Below, piece by piece: positions 51,501-64,000 of a stretch of DNA of 64,000 bases; position 1 is the stretch's first letter, and each line of letters opens with the position of its first letter. The position numbers and the translations under genes are program-made. This stretch comes from Epiperipatus broadwayi (taxonomy: Eukaryota > Animalia > Onychophora): assembly GCA_028023455.1 (NCBI GenBank), contig JAQFVV010000008.1, forward strand, positions 15,810,001 through 15,874,000, written 5' to 3'. The notes beneath the pieces are model-generated. The model saw only the letters and a program-made list of their open reading frames with translations, was not told the DNA's origin and made no database searches.

Positions 51501-51970
51501 GTCGTCCTACACAAGCGGACATAATAAATGCTCCCGTAGGATTTGACAATGTCATGCAGCCAGCCGGCAAATCGCGCCACGTACCGCTTGTCCCTGGTTA
51601 TGCTTATGTGACACCTTACTTCGTCGGACCGAGGCAGAGACCAGTCTGATATTCTTATAAACCCATTCGTGGCATTGCAGTTTCGATATACTGCCATTCC
51701 ATATCGCCTTTCTAAAGCGTACCATGTGTTCCTTTGCTCAATTCTATTATTCTATATATCACTCCGCCTCTGCATTATCTTCATAATTCACTCTCAAATA
51801 AATGTTTGCCCTTAGTTATAAATAAATATTTTAATTAAATAAATATATGTCCACCGCCACTCTTAAATCTTACTTTAGACTCTTGCATTGCAAAGGTATA
51901 AATTCCCCAAGGCATGCATTAAAAATACTTACTCGAGAATTTTAGGTAGCTAGATTACGCTTTCAAATAA

Positions 51971-52140
51971 ATGTATTCCTTTTGTAAACATTACAGTATC
52001 GGAAATACCGCTACTGAAATCCTCAAGATAAAATAATGTCTAAACAAATTAATGTATTCCTTTTGTAAACATTACAGTATCGGAAATACCGCTACTGAAA
52101 TCCTCAATACAAAATAATGTCTAAATAAATAAATGTATTC
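51971..52140. repeat. 81-bp tandem duplication
   Basis: ATGTATTCCTTTTGTAAACATTACAGTATCGGAAATACCGCTACTGAAATCCTC... at 51971 and 52052. Confidence 0.95.
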
Positions 52141-52652
52141 TTTAAAATATAATCATGTCGCCAATTCTGCTACTGAAGCTTTCAATCCCTAAAATATTAT
52201 TAGTCAATGTTTTATTAAAATGTATTAATAAATAATTTTAAACTATACGTCTGCAATTACGTTTCATTTATTCGATACCCATTTTATCTAATATTTCCTC
52301 GATTATGTAAATATGAATGTTTAATTAATATTAGTTTGATTATTGGCTAGCTCGAGAATAAAATCATGAGTCTCTTGCATATCCCTGACCACCGTGCCTA
52401 AGGAAATATTTACTAATGTCGCATCAGATGCGTTGTTTCGTGGATTGTATTGTGGAACCGATAAACTATGTTCGAACTCAGTACCACGGGTGGCTTCACT
52501 ACTCGATGGTGCTGCTGTTCTGTATGGTGGTTGAATTCTGCACTATGTTTACGAGTCACACGTTTCCTGACCGTTACAATATGTCAAGAGAGAATGAATT
52601 ACTCTGCATAAAACTAATGAAATAAATTATTTTCTAAAATGCTATTGCATAA

Positions 52653-52865
52653 TGCAGACCAATCCGTTGGAGAGCTTCGTTGCAGACCAATTCGTTGGAG
52701 AGCATTCATTGCAGACCAATTCGTTGGAGAGTTTCGTTGCAGACCGATTCGTTGGAGAGGACTCGTTGGAAAAGAACAGCGTGGGAATTGTATAACGTTA
52801 TTTGCTGACCGCACAGTATGACTTGCAGTTATAACATTGGCACAGTTGTAAGTGCGGATATAACA
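52653..52865. mobile_element. Truncated copy of the 2229-2836 LTR (opposite orientation) with an 11-bp flanking direct repeat
   Basis: Reverse complement of the first ~210 bp of the solo LTR, including four 28-bp units. CTATTGCATAA at 52642-52652 and 52866-52876. Confidence 0.85.
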
Positions 52866-54311
52866 CTATTGCATAAGAATAAATAGTCTTTTTGATTGGA
52901 GAACTCATTTTCCTTTATTCCAAGAGAATGGAAAAAAAAAACTTTCAATCTAATGTGAAAATTTAAATTATTTCAAACTCAACAGGGATAAATCTTTAGA
53001 TGACTAATAAATTGAAAATGAAATTTTCTTATAGAATTAAAGATAATCATGAAATCCCAATATATATTGTAATGTTAGCGAGATATGTATTATAAAACTT
53101 ACACATATCTGCATTACATATTTTTATAATTTAAAAATAAATTATCAAAAGCAAATCAAATAAATGAGAATAGTTAAAGAAATAATTATTTAAGTTGTTT
53201 TAAAATGTAGTTTTGTAAAAATAAAAAAAAATTGCATTATATTTTCTTGTAAAAAAGAATAAAGTTTTTAGCATTAAAAGCGGGTGGGAGAGAAATCTAA
53301 AATAAAAAAAATTAAAACTCATTCTTGCCTTTTTATAAATTAAAAGAGTAAATCTAAAAATAAGACTTAGTAAAAATGTAAAATAAAAAAGATAAATTAA
53401 TTAATTAGAAAATGCCAGTAAATCTCATGCTGATAATGATATTGAAATTGTAATAATTACAAACTATGTAAGCTATCTCTTCGGAATAAATGCAAGAGAT
53501 GGTAGTTAATCTAGAAAAAGATTAGATTAGGGGAAAATGTAAAAATCAATAAATTAAAGAAAAATGTAAATTTAATTAAAAACAGACTTAAGTTGCAATC
53601 AAAATTAAAAAATAATGATAAAGAATTAAAACAATGAGAAAGAGTATAAAAAGTCGCAGCTGCTATTATTATTCATTACCGGACTTCATTTTGTGACTGA
53701 ATTGTTCTGGTCATTTCATTATTGAGTTATTTCAGTCTTCATGCTGTTACATTATTCATTGCTCCAGAGATTCAAAAATCCAAGAACAGCATAGAGCCCA
53801 TCATTACTGCTATGGAAAATGCCAATGCAGAAGCCACAGAACTAGCAATGTGTTACTAGACCACTTTAGAAGTGTTCAACTGAGCTTTGGGTCCCTGGTC
53901 ATCAGCAAAAAAAAAATCAACTGGCCTCACCTGGAACCAGTGCCTGGAACAAATGCCTAGGTTGTAAATAGACACTGCCACATATTTTCTCTCTCTCCCA
54001 CTGTTTGACAAAAATCTGTAAAGCCATGAAACCATCGATGGAGAATCAAAACCAATGGAAAATATACACAAATGAAATCCTGGGTAAATATACTTTTAAA
54101 TAATAGTCTAGACCCTTTATTTTAAATGAAATGAACTTTAACAAAGGACTATTATAAAAATTTTCCTGAACTAATCATTTATATTTCTATATGTAAAATA
54201 TTATATTAGGTATGTGGGTGTGAATAAATACTAATGTTTGCTTAATTGTTATTTAGTTTACTCTCTCTTGTCACTGCATCACCATTAATTTAAGAGTATA
54301 GTTATTTTTTA

Positions 54312-54654
54312 TGTGTTAAATAAATGTGCTGGATCCGATACAGAGTATGAGCTAGCTTGAGATATTTCAAGTGCTAGATTTGTGGCCTGTCATTTGAGCA
54401 TGTTGACCATATATAATTACAATGGTCAGCTGGCATCTGAGTTGTATACTCAAAACAAATAAAGTGATCTGGATGTAGTGTGTTGATCTAGCAGTTGAAG
54501 AGTACTATGGTCTGGAAACATGATTGTTGCACTTTGTATAATCTCAATCTGGCCATAGGTACCGTTGATGGTTAATCTATCAATGGTATTCTACTCCTCT
54601 GCTTGAAGAGCTGGTCTGTCACCGCAGTCACAAAGTTGCCAAACGTTAGTTACA
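54312..54654. mobile_element. Possible solo LTR
   Basis: TGTG...TTACA bounded, GC-elevated block with an internal AATAAA. No clean TSD. Confidence 0.3.
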
Positions 54655-57600
54655 TATTTTAAAAGTTGCAATTAAACATGCAACTTTGGTGGACTCTGTT
54701 TAATATATATATATGTTATTATTTTCAACCATTAGTGATTCACTATAGAATGAATCTAACTCCAATTTTAATCCAATTGCTCAGATCTCTAGCCTCTTAT
54801 CTTTACAACACCCAAACAAAATTTATTTCATTGATCCATTTCACATGTGACCTCTTTATAAATCATTAACAATCTCTTGATATATATATATATAATTTTA
54901 AAATCTCAGAAAGAGAACGATCTCCATATATATAATTTTTGCAAACTATTATATAAAAATGAAAAGGATTAGATAAATTTTAGATACACTAGATTAAAAT
55001 TATAATAATCTGAATTAAAATATATTTAATGCAAATAAGAGCATTATAAATAGTAGAATGCATTTATATGTACAACAATCAATTATAATTTTATAGAAAG
55101 GAAGGTGTTATATGTGTTGAATGGCTTTTTTTGAAATTGAAGTTGATAAACAAATACAATAAGGATCTGGATTTTAACTGAAATTTACCTTAGTTTAAAA
55201 AGTTAAGTATTCATGATATTTGGGTTGAGCTTCTTTGAAACATCTTAATGTTGTAAAGAAGTAATTTGGTTTATTTATCAGAACATGCATATAAATCAAA
55301 GTCTTAATAAAATCTTTGAAAAATATGTATGAGATCAAACTAGTTTATTTATTAATAAAATCCAGTTTGCTTTACAACTCTTAAAATTGTTTATATATGG
55401 AATAATTTTTAAGGCTTGTTTGGTTGATATGTTTATATCATAGTTAACCAAGCCTTGCTTTCCTAATTAAACAATGAAGATACATATTGATGATAGAGGT
55501 TATTTTTAAGTTATCATATGTAGCAATTAAAAAGAATGTCCTCAATGATTTCCTTTGTTTCTGTTTAACAGTGTATCAAGTAAAACATAGATTTGTATTC
55601 ACATTAAGGGTCTAACACTTAGCAGAGTTATATTTAATTGATGAAAAGATTAGTTTAAAAAATGCATATATGTAGATTAAAAGATGATGGTCCAAAATAC
55701 CAATTCTGTCAAAAATAGTTGAATTTTAATATGAAACAATGGCCCACACAGATACATGTTCACTTTTTAAATCTAACATTCCTAGGATTTAAAACTGATT
55801 ATAATAAGGAATCTAATGGTTACAGCAATAATCTATGTTAACAATCCATAATTTTTAGAAATGTTAATTAATTTAACTATCACTAATCATGTGATCATAG
55901 CATGCAAAAACACCAAGGTCTATCATATTCATTGTCTGATGATCCAATTCTTTTTGAAGGATATATTGTGATAATTGTTTGGTATGTCTAAATTAATAAT
56001 AATAATAAACATAACTTCAAAAAAAATTTATTGGCTTATTATTACTATATTATTATTACAATTACTACTACTACTATTATTATTAAAATAATATTAACCT
56101 TATAGACTTAGCTACCTTATAAAGAAAATCCAAGATATCCTGCCAGTATATATCTTTTTAATAGCATTTTAAAAAACTTGTAGCAATTTTAAAAATCGCA
56201 GTTTTATATTTAATTATAAATGCACACACACACACACACACAAAGTTAGCTTTTAAAAGAACAATACATTGATAAAAATACATATTACTGTCAATATAAG
56301 AATAAATTAATTACAATAGGATCAGTGAAAAAATACTTATATTATTGTATGCATATTAAAACTACACACGATAGTATTTTTAGTGTAATATTTGAATATG
56401 TATGTGCATGTATGAATGTGATACATTTAAAATTAAAGGAGTATTATCTTAAAATATTTAAGTAAATTTATTATTTGTAATAAAATGCAATTTACAGAGA
56501 GAACAATAAATAAAACAAAATGATTTATTTTAATATCCACACTGTAAATATTTATTTTAACATTATAATGTATATATTAATTTTTTTTATTATTTAAAAT
56601 ATTTGTAATTTCAAAATGGTTTCACTGTTCAAATTGCAAAAATTTCTTCAAAACATTGTCTGTCAACATAACGGATATTAGCAATGCCATGACAACAGGA
56701 CCAAGATTTTGCATAAAATACTAAAAGTGAGAAAATTTGAGTGAGGATGACGATGGACTGGTCATGTGACTATAACCTATAAATATACCTATTCAAGAGA
56801 AATCTTTCACTTTCATTGCTATCTACAGGAAAACTGCATAAAGCTTGAATTTAATTTTAATCATCTTGGCATCGGAAACTATGATGGGGGGGTAGACTTT
56901 ACAATCATTTGCCCTAAGTGCCAAAATGTATCTTCTCTAAACTGTCAAAATAAATAATCAAATCATATAAAAATATTCATCATCTTTAAGTGCATAAAAA
57001 CAAAATGAAACATAAAAATTTTATTGAAATGAAAATTGTTTAAATTACTTCGGAATGCTGTTTTTTATTTAAGCTATTTTGGAATGCTAAGACTTCCTAA
57101 CTTATTTCTAAAATTGCCTGATACTATATTTACTACAGTTAACTTATAAGCTTTTAGATAAATACCTGCATATGGTATACTTATTGTTAAACCATATTTT
57201 AAAACTAATGGACTTTCTTAACATAAATAATGTTTTTTTTTTTTTAAGAAATGCTACGATTAATGAGTCACTCTTGAGATTATTAACTATACGTTCCACA
57301 TATAATAAAATTTAAGAAAACAATTTGATTTTCTTGAATATTTTAAAACTCACCATAATGGATTTAATTCAAAAATTAAAACTTCATCATTATCTATGGT
57401 TCTGTAAGGATTAAATTTTGCTTCATTTGCTGGCAATTCATAAGTAAAATGTCTAATGGTTTTAATCATTTTAAAACATTTGAAAAGATTGTGCCAGAAT
57501 AAAAATATTGGAACTTCAAAAAAAAAAAATTAAGTGAACTTTAAATTATAGGGGATATATACTTATTTATCATTATATATAGTTGTCTTGATTAAATAAA

Positions 57601-59759
57601 AGTTCTCACAAGAAGAAAACAAGAGTAAAACTATTATACAGGTAGTATGTTTAAATTGCAATATTATAATTTAGCACTTATAACTGAAGTGTATATGTGT
57701 GTATTAAATATATTTTGGAGACAGGCTGGTAATTAATTAATAGTAATTACTGTCTATAATTAAAATATATTTTATATGTTCCATATGTTTTATTGATGTC
57801 AAATCCAGTTTAAGCTGTTGTAATGAAATGCTATAATGTATCTGAAGTATTTGCACAAATGAGTATATTTATATATAGTTGAAAGATTTTATAAGAATTA
57901 CCTTTTGTTTATCAATATAGATATGCTAAAGTTCTTATGAAGAATATTTTGTATAATAAATCATGTTCGTGGCAATAACCTTTCATAACAAAATTGTTGT
58001 TTAGTAAAGAAAGCTCCTAACAACATGCATTATAGTCTTTTATTTATAAATGTGGTATTAGATAAGCATCTAACATACTACCATCTGTACCTACATCAAT
58101 TAGGCAAGATACTGCTGCATCTTTAGAAAATTATATTATAGTATGGTAAATGTTCTCAAAAATTTAAGCAACAACTAAATTTATATCAGCCAGATACTTA
58201 GAAAAAAAATGGATTAAACTATTTTACTTAGAGATCAAATAAACATTTTTTCACCTTGATAATTTATAGTTATTAATACTTGTTTCTTTATCCATTGCTT
58301 AACAACCTTCTTCAATGATGTATTTGTTCTACATCATGTAAAGCTACATTCACTCCATTTATTTAATAAGAAAGTAAGGATCAAGCTTCCCTATTAACAT
58401 CACAAAAAAGTATTTACCTCAAGAATTCAGAGCTTAAATTATTATTCTTATCTTTTATTTTATTTTTTTTTGATTAATAAATTGATTTTATATTTTGTTA
58501 AATTATCTGGTCATCTTTCATTATTTTAACATTCATCATCTATCTAGTAAATAAATGTGATCACATGGTTTTACTACTACTATTGTGAATTTTTTTAAAG
58601 GTTCATTATTTTAGTAGTAATATTATTTATACTTATTACTAATACTTACACATAATTTACAATTTAGTGTTTATTTATTTAAGATATGGATTAAATACAA
58701 TATTCTTTGTTATTTAGCCATATTAATAATAAAGGTTTATAGTTATTAAGATTAAAATTTTAAATCTTATGTATTATATGTAAGTATTTTAAACCCTGAG
58801 ATAATTTGACTTGATTTACATAATATGAAACTCAGACTGAATACAGCTAGCCAAATATAAATATTTTTATTTTATTTATAAATACAGTTATGCTTTAAGT
58901 TTACTACAACCATGAAATATTTTTATTTATTAATACACATTTATAGGTTTCTTAGATATAGTGCCTATTAACTTAGTAAAAGTTAAGCTATTGTTTAGAT
59001 CTGTTACTATTTGGTTAATTCTGTATGAATCAGTCTTAATATGCAACCATTATTATCTATATTACATACAAGTTGTTATAATACAGAAAAAGAATCAGAA
59101 TTAACACCAATTATTTTTTATGTTGCACTTCAAGTATACAATAGTCAAATATGTTTAAAAATACATATATACAAGCAACAAAGATCACAAATTATAAAAT
59201 TATCATAAAAAAGCCTTTTTCGGCAAATTGTTTTTTGCCCTTTTCAATATGTCTCCACGATTTAAAGCATATACAGCAACATCTATATCAATACATGAGA
59301 GAAGAGAGATAAACAAATGGATATCATTATAAATGATTCATTATTATAAGAAATAACTACATGAAAATTAATATGAAGATGAGATTAGTAAAAAAAATCC
59401 TACAGAAAGTTTATACTAAAATTCTAAGTCCATATTTAATTGTTAATTCTTTAAATAGTATTGATAAACTGTTTTAAAAAAAAAATTGTTAGTCTCCCAT
59501 GGCTTATACCAAAGGAATCTACTATCCATATTGGTTCTAAATGCTTGTATCTTTATAATAAAATACTGTATTAAATTAATTATTATAACTTATTTTGTTT
59601 TTTCCAATGTGATAGGATGGAAAAAAAGAATGAGTAATATTGAACAATGCTGACATATGATGAAAAGGTAAAGGAAAAAAACTAAGATAATGTGCAGTTT
59701 TATTATTATCTTGTTGCTTTTATAGGGATTATATGTTGATTTTACTCATACATACATGA

Positions 59760-59960
59760 GAGTAATATCTATGCTATTAAATAACAATCTTGAATCAATA
59801 ATTACCACTTACTTATTGAATCTGGATATCTCATTAAGGAAATGTAGGTATCATCACATTATTTTCCAAGTTCACTGGCTTCATCTTGTTCATTCTGCTA
59901 GTGGCAACATTGATATTATTAGTGGAAGCTTTTCAGATTCCAAAGAACTTCAAACCTAGA
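59760..59960 (+). mobile_element. Possible mariner transposase C-terminal remnant
   Basis: SGSFSDSKELQT resembles LxGxxFxDxEEV. Confidence 0.25.
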
Positions 59961-60338
59961 ATCTTATGATTTTGATTTATAAGATGATTGATCAAAATAT
60001 TGATCAATAAAACATCAAATCAGTATTAAGAGAATTTGTATATAGAAAATGTGTTTGTATATACTGAAAAAGTTCAATTTTTTTGAGTAATTTCATCACT
60101 TTATTTAATTAAATACATTCCTATTCTTATGATCTATTGTTGTCTTTGTGGTAATTTGTAATGCTGAAGTTGCTTTTTTTATTAACTAATTCTATATAAG
60201 ATAGCAAATGTTCTATTTTTATTTAATTTGCAAGTAATTTAACAGGATATTTGTTTAAATTGTAACAGTTCTCAAGCATTCATGTTTAGATGTACAGATT
60301 CTAATCTTGTGTTTCTTTAAAAATGCTTCAATAAAAGG

Positions 60339-60416
60339 CCTATATTTTAATCAATAATTAATTCCCAGAATTTTCTACCTATATTTTAATCAATAATTAA
60401 TTCCCAGAATTTTCTA
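60339..60416. repeat. Exact 39-bp tandem duplication
   Basis: CCTATATTTTAATCAATAATTAATTCCCAGAATTTTCTA occurs twice. Confidence 0.97.
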
Positions 60417-60559
60417 CAAAGTCTAATATTAATTAATCTTTTTGGAATGGCTTCATTCAAATTTTAATTTTATCAAATAAATAATTGTGGAAAGTGTGAA
60501 CTTCTGATTCCTGATTTAAATCTCAAATAGTCATAACTACTTATTTTCTTAAAATTATG

Positions 60560-61460
60560 TATCAACTTTTATAAATTTATTTTTCTTTCTTTTATCTTCC
60601 TCAATTCCTCCTAATATAACTTCCATAAAATATTTTTTCCTTGAAATACAGATCCAAAACAATTACTAATTTTGTTAAAAAATAGCATTTTCCCCTTATT
60701 CTTTTTAATACTTTTGCACTGCTGATCTTAACTTTCCATCATATATTTTACATTATTTTCCAAATCCAACTGTGCATACTTCTGGTTTCATATAAAATGA
60801 TGTTTCATATAAAGTATTTAATGTTTCTTAAATCTAATTTCAATCGACTACTAAATGCTCCCTCTCTTATTATTATTAATAAGTTTCTTTAGCCATTTCA
60901 ATTTTTGTTCTAATTTCCTTGTCATTGCTTCCTACATTAGGTAACCAACAATGCAAATATTTAAAAGCATTCACTTGCTCTACAATTATTTGTTCAATAT
61001 TTAATCTTTTAAATACACCATTTATTTATCTAAATCTATTTTTATTCTCTTGCATATTCTGCCAGTTCTAAACTTAACCACGTTATCAACAAGTACTGCC
61101 ATGCTATCGGTTAATCTGATGTAGTGAAATCTTCTATTTCCAATACCAATGCCATCTATACCAAAACAATTATCACTGAACAATTCATCAAAACATATAT
61201 GATACAAACTAAAAGTTAAATAAAATCCCTCCCTAGTCCCAATACTCATAATTATTTCTTAATTACAAATATCTTTTGATTAATGCATAATTTTTCTATA
61301 AATAAATATCTTTCCAATCTGACATTTTTTCTTCAAAATATTCAACCAAGTCACTTAATTTATTCTACAAAATGCTTTTTCAGATCAATGAAACAAACAT
61401 CAATTTTTCTTATTCTTTCTATACTGCAAAGGTAGCAATTTGTTTACAGTTCAAATTGGT
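60560..61460 (-). mobile_element. LINE reverse transcriptase remnant
   Basis: IGTREGFYLTFSLYHICFDEL resembles GVRQGxxLSPxLFNxxxDE; HYIRLTDSMAVL resembles the FADD motif. Confidence 0.65.
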
Positions 61461-63299
61461 TCTATTACAAAGCTGAATGGTTAAGAAAACTTAATGAAAG
61501 ACTTTCATACATTGACTAGCAAATTTTTATATTGCCATGTGTGAATGCATGTATATTTAATATAGATGTATAATTTAATTATATAAGTGTAAAAAATTAA
61601 AAGAAAATTGATCTATAAAGCTAATCATAATTTTATTAAGAAATATATTATGGAAAATTATAATTAGTAAAATGATAACAAAGAGAATGTATGGAAATAA
61701 GAGAAATTAGTTAAGTTGTTTAAGTTTTATTGCACTCTAATATATATCAAAAAATATTGCATTTTGTAACCATTCAGATTTGCCTTCCGAAATAGATTTA
61801 AACAAATAATTTGTCTTTTTCTAATAGTAAATTGAATGGCTAATCTGAATATATTGTTAAAAATTATAAAGCAATATAATTGAGAAAGTTAGAGAATGAA
61901 TGTCACAGTTCAGTCATAATTTTCATCTATTTATTTGTAATTCTTGGCAGCCTAAATAAAAGTTATTTTTATATAAATATAATCATAGGAATGTAAAAGT
62001 ATTTATGAAAAAAACATGTTGTATAAAAAATATATTAAATCCAGTCATTAATTTTAGATAAAGATATTGTAATAGTAATATTAGCGCTATATAAAATAAT
62101 ATCTCATTATAAAGATATTGTGTAAAAATATTCTAAGTTAATACAAACTTAATTATTTGACATGTTGACAAAAGGTATAAATAGATCTGAACAAAAGATT
62201 ATTGCATCTTCAAATCTGAATCGAGAAAAAAGCAATGCAGATTGATTCCATGAAGGAAATTTAATAATTAAATTAACTTCCCTCAGAATAGTTTCAAATA
62301 GTTTTATTTTACAGACTTTAAAAATATTTTTGAATACTACATCCAATGCAGTCAAAACGATGTTATCTAACAGAAAAATATTTATTATGCATGTCTAATA
62401 CAACAGAAGACAAGCTGATCAAACAACTTTGAACTATGCAGATGTATCCAGAGACATATGTTGAAGTTGCATAGAATGCAACATGATATGCTTTAAAGAA
62501 AAAACTATGCCATAAGGAAATATGAGAACAATGCTATAAGACTTAATGTACATCTATTTCTAGTGGGATTCATTTACATTGTCTACTGTCACTAATACCC
62601 AAAATCGATAATCATCATCAAAACTGAATGAATAAAAACTATTGTTAAAGATGTGTGCATATACAGTAAGCTTAAACTTTACAAAAATTATGGTTCAAAA
62701 CATTTTTATTAATGATAATATCTTTCTTTATATTTAACTATAAAGTCTTAAATATAATGTTTATGTTTAATCGATTCAATATTTTGTATTTTTCTATTTA
62801 TTTACTTCCTTTATTTTGTGATAGTTCTAGAAAGTATAAGTAATGATTTCCTATTTTGTTTATTGCAAATAAATTAACTTTTTATTAACCAATTTAGTTT
62901 GTTTATGCTGTCTGAATTCCTTCCAAACATGAAAAGCTACACAATCCATGAGGGACAGGTAAATATAATGGAATTATATATAAATGATGATGATCAGCTA
63001 TAGTAAATTATATAAAAGTAATCTTTTTATTTAAAAGAGATTGACATCTAAAGATTAATTTCAAAGTGAATATAGCAAAGAAATTAATAATACTTTTGGA
63101 ATCATTATACTTAACTTGAATGTATCCATTTGCATTTGTAACTATATTTTAAAGTTATATTTGATGTTCATATACACTTCATACCATTACAATATATATA
63201 TCCTGCATCAATAATTTTCATCATTCAACCATCATTCATGTTCTTCTACCTTTTTCAACACCAAACTGCTCTTTAAACATAAACATTGTCTAATCTAGT

Positions 63300-63700
63300 G
63301 AAAGTTATGCTTGTAAACATCAGAGCTCCAAAGAATAGGTGAATCATTCTATTCTTGATCCTTTGTTCAACATTTAGTGCTTTTAGTTCAGTCTGGGGGA
63401 GGATTTATTTCTCTTGTTTACATATACATTGAACTATATTTAATTTAAAGTTTATATATTAAATCTTATTTAATTATTACAATCAAGGTGTCAAGAGAGA
63501 TGTTGCCTGCAGCCTTGCATAATTGATTAAATTTAATAACTTTTAAGTGTCACATTTCATCTGGAAAATTAATTTCTCTAAATTACCACCAATGCTATGC
63601 TTATAAAGATCAGAGCTCTCAAGAATAGATGAATTCAGTCTATTCTTGATCCTTTGTTTAACATTTAGAGCACTTTTAGTTTATAGCCTGGTGGAGGATA
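63300..63700. repeat. Two diverged ~110-bp copies spaced 290 bp apart, each with an internal hairpin
   Basis: TATGCTT..ATCAGAGCTC..AAGAATAG-loop-CTATTCTTGATCCTTTG at ~63305 and ~63595. Confidence 0.8.
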
Positions 63701-64000
63701 GTTTACTCCATTTATTCACCTATCCAAGATTCAATAACACTTTTTAAATATACATGAAATTAGTCAACTGTTATAAAATTTCTATACTGTACTGCATTAG
63801 AATTATTCTCTCTGGACTTCATAAATATTAAAGAAATATTTAATGATCACTCTTCTGTATCACATATTATACTAAAACATTAATTTAATCTCTTGAAATC
63901 AAACTTTTTTTTACAATCCTTAATAATTCTTATGAATTTCACTATTTTCTTTTTTTTTTTTTCATCTCAATTAATACTTCTTTCATTATTGCACAATAAA

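Overview
Very AT-rich eukaryotic DNA, probably from an arthropod or insect (inference from TE types and a tRNA-Ser PBS). It has no confidently complete protein-coding gene and is dominated by decayed transposons: a Mag-like Ty3/gypsy provirus (25.6-33.1 kb) with two nested insertions, solo LTRs, LINE remnants, and Tc1/mariner, piggyBac and BEL-like remnants. The most striking signal is two unrelated short repeat families (about 450 bp 'Rep-A' and about 345 bp 'Rep-B'). Rep-A carries a type I hammerhead ribozyme motif and Rep-B a more degenerate one. Both are inserted as palindromic dimers with both ribozyme-sense 3' ends facing outward, flanked by 11-15 bp target-site duplications. In each insertion the two outer ends are offset by about 45-55 bp on the monomer, which resembles Penelope pseudo-LTR or retrozyme-like elements. 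Other notable items are a perfect 85-bp-arm hairpin inside a probable solo LTR, a tandemly duplicated 96-nt macrodomain-like exon, a tRNA-Gly-like Pol III element, and a 2.1-kb unidentified insertion with convergent ORF relics. All calls come from manual reading and translation; no database searches were run.
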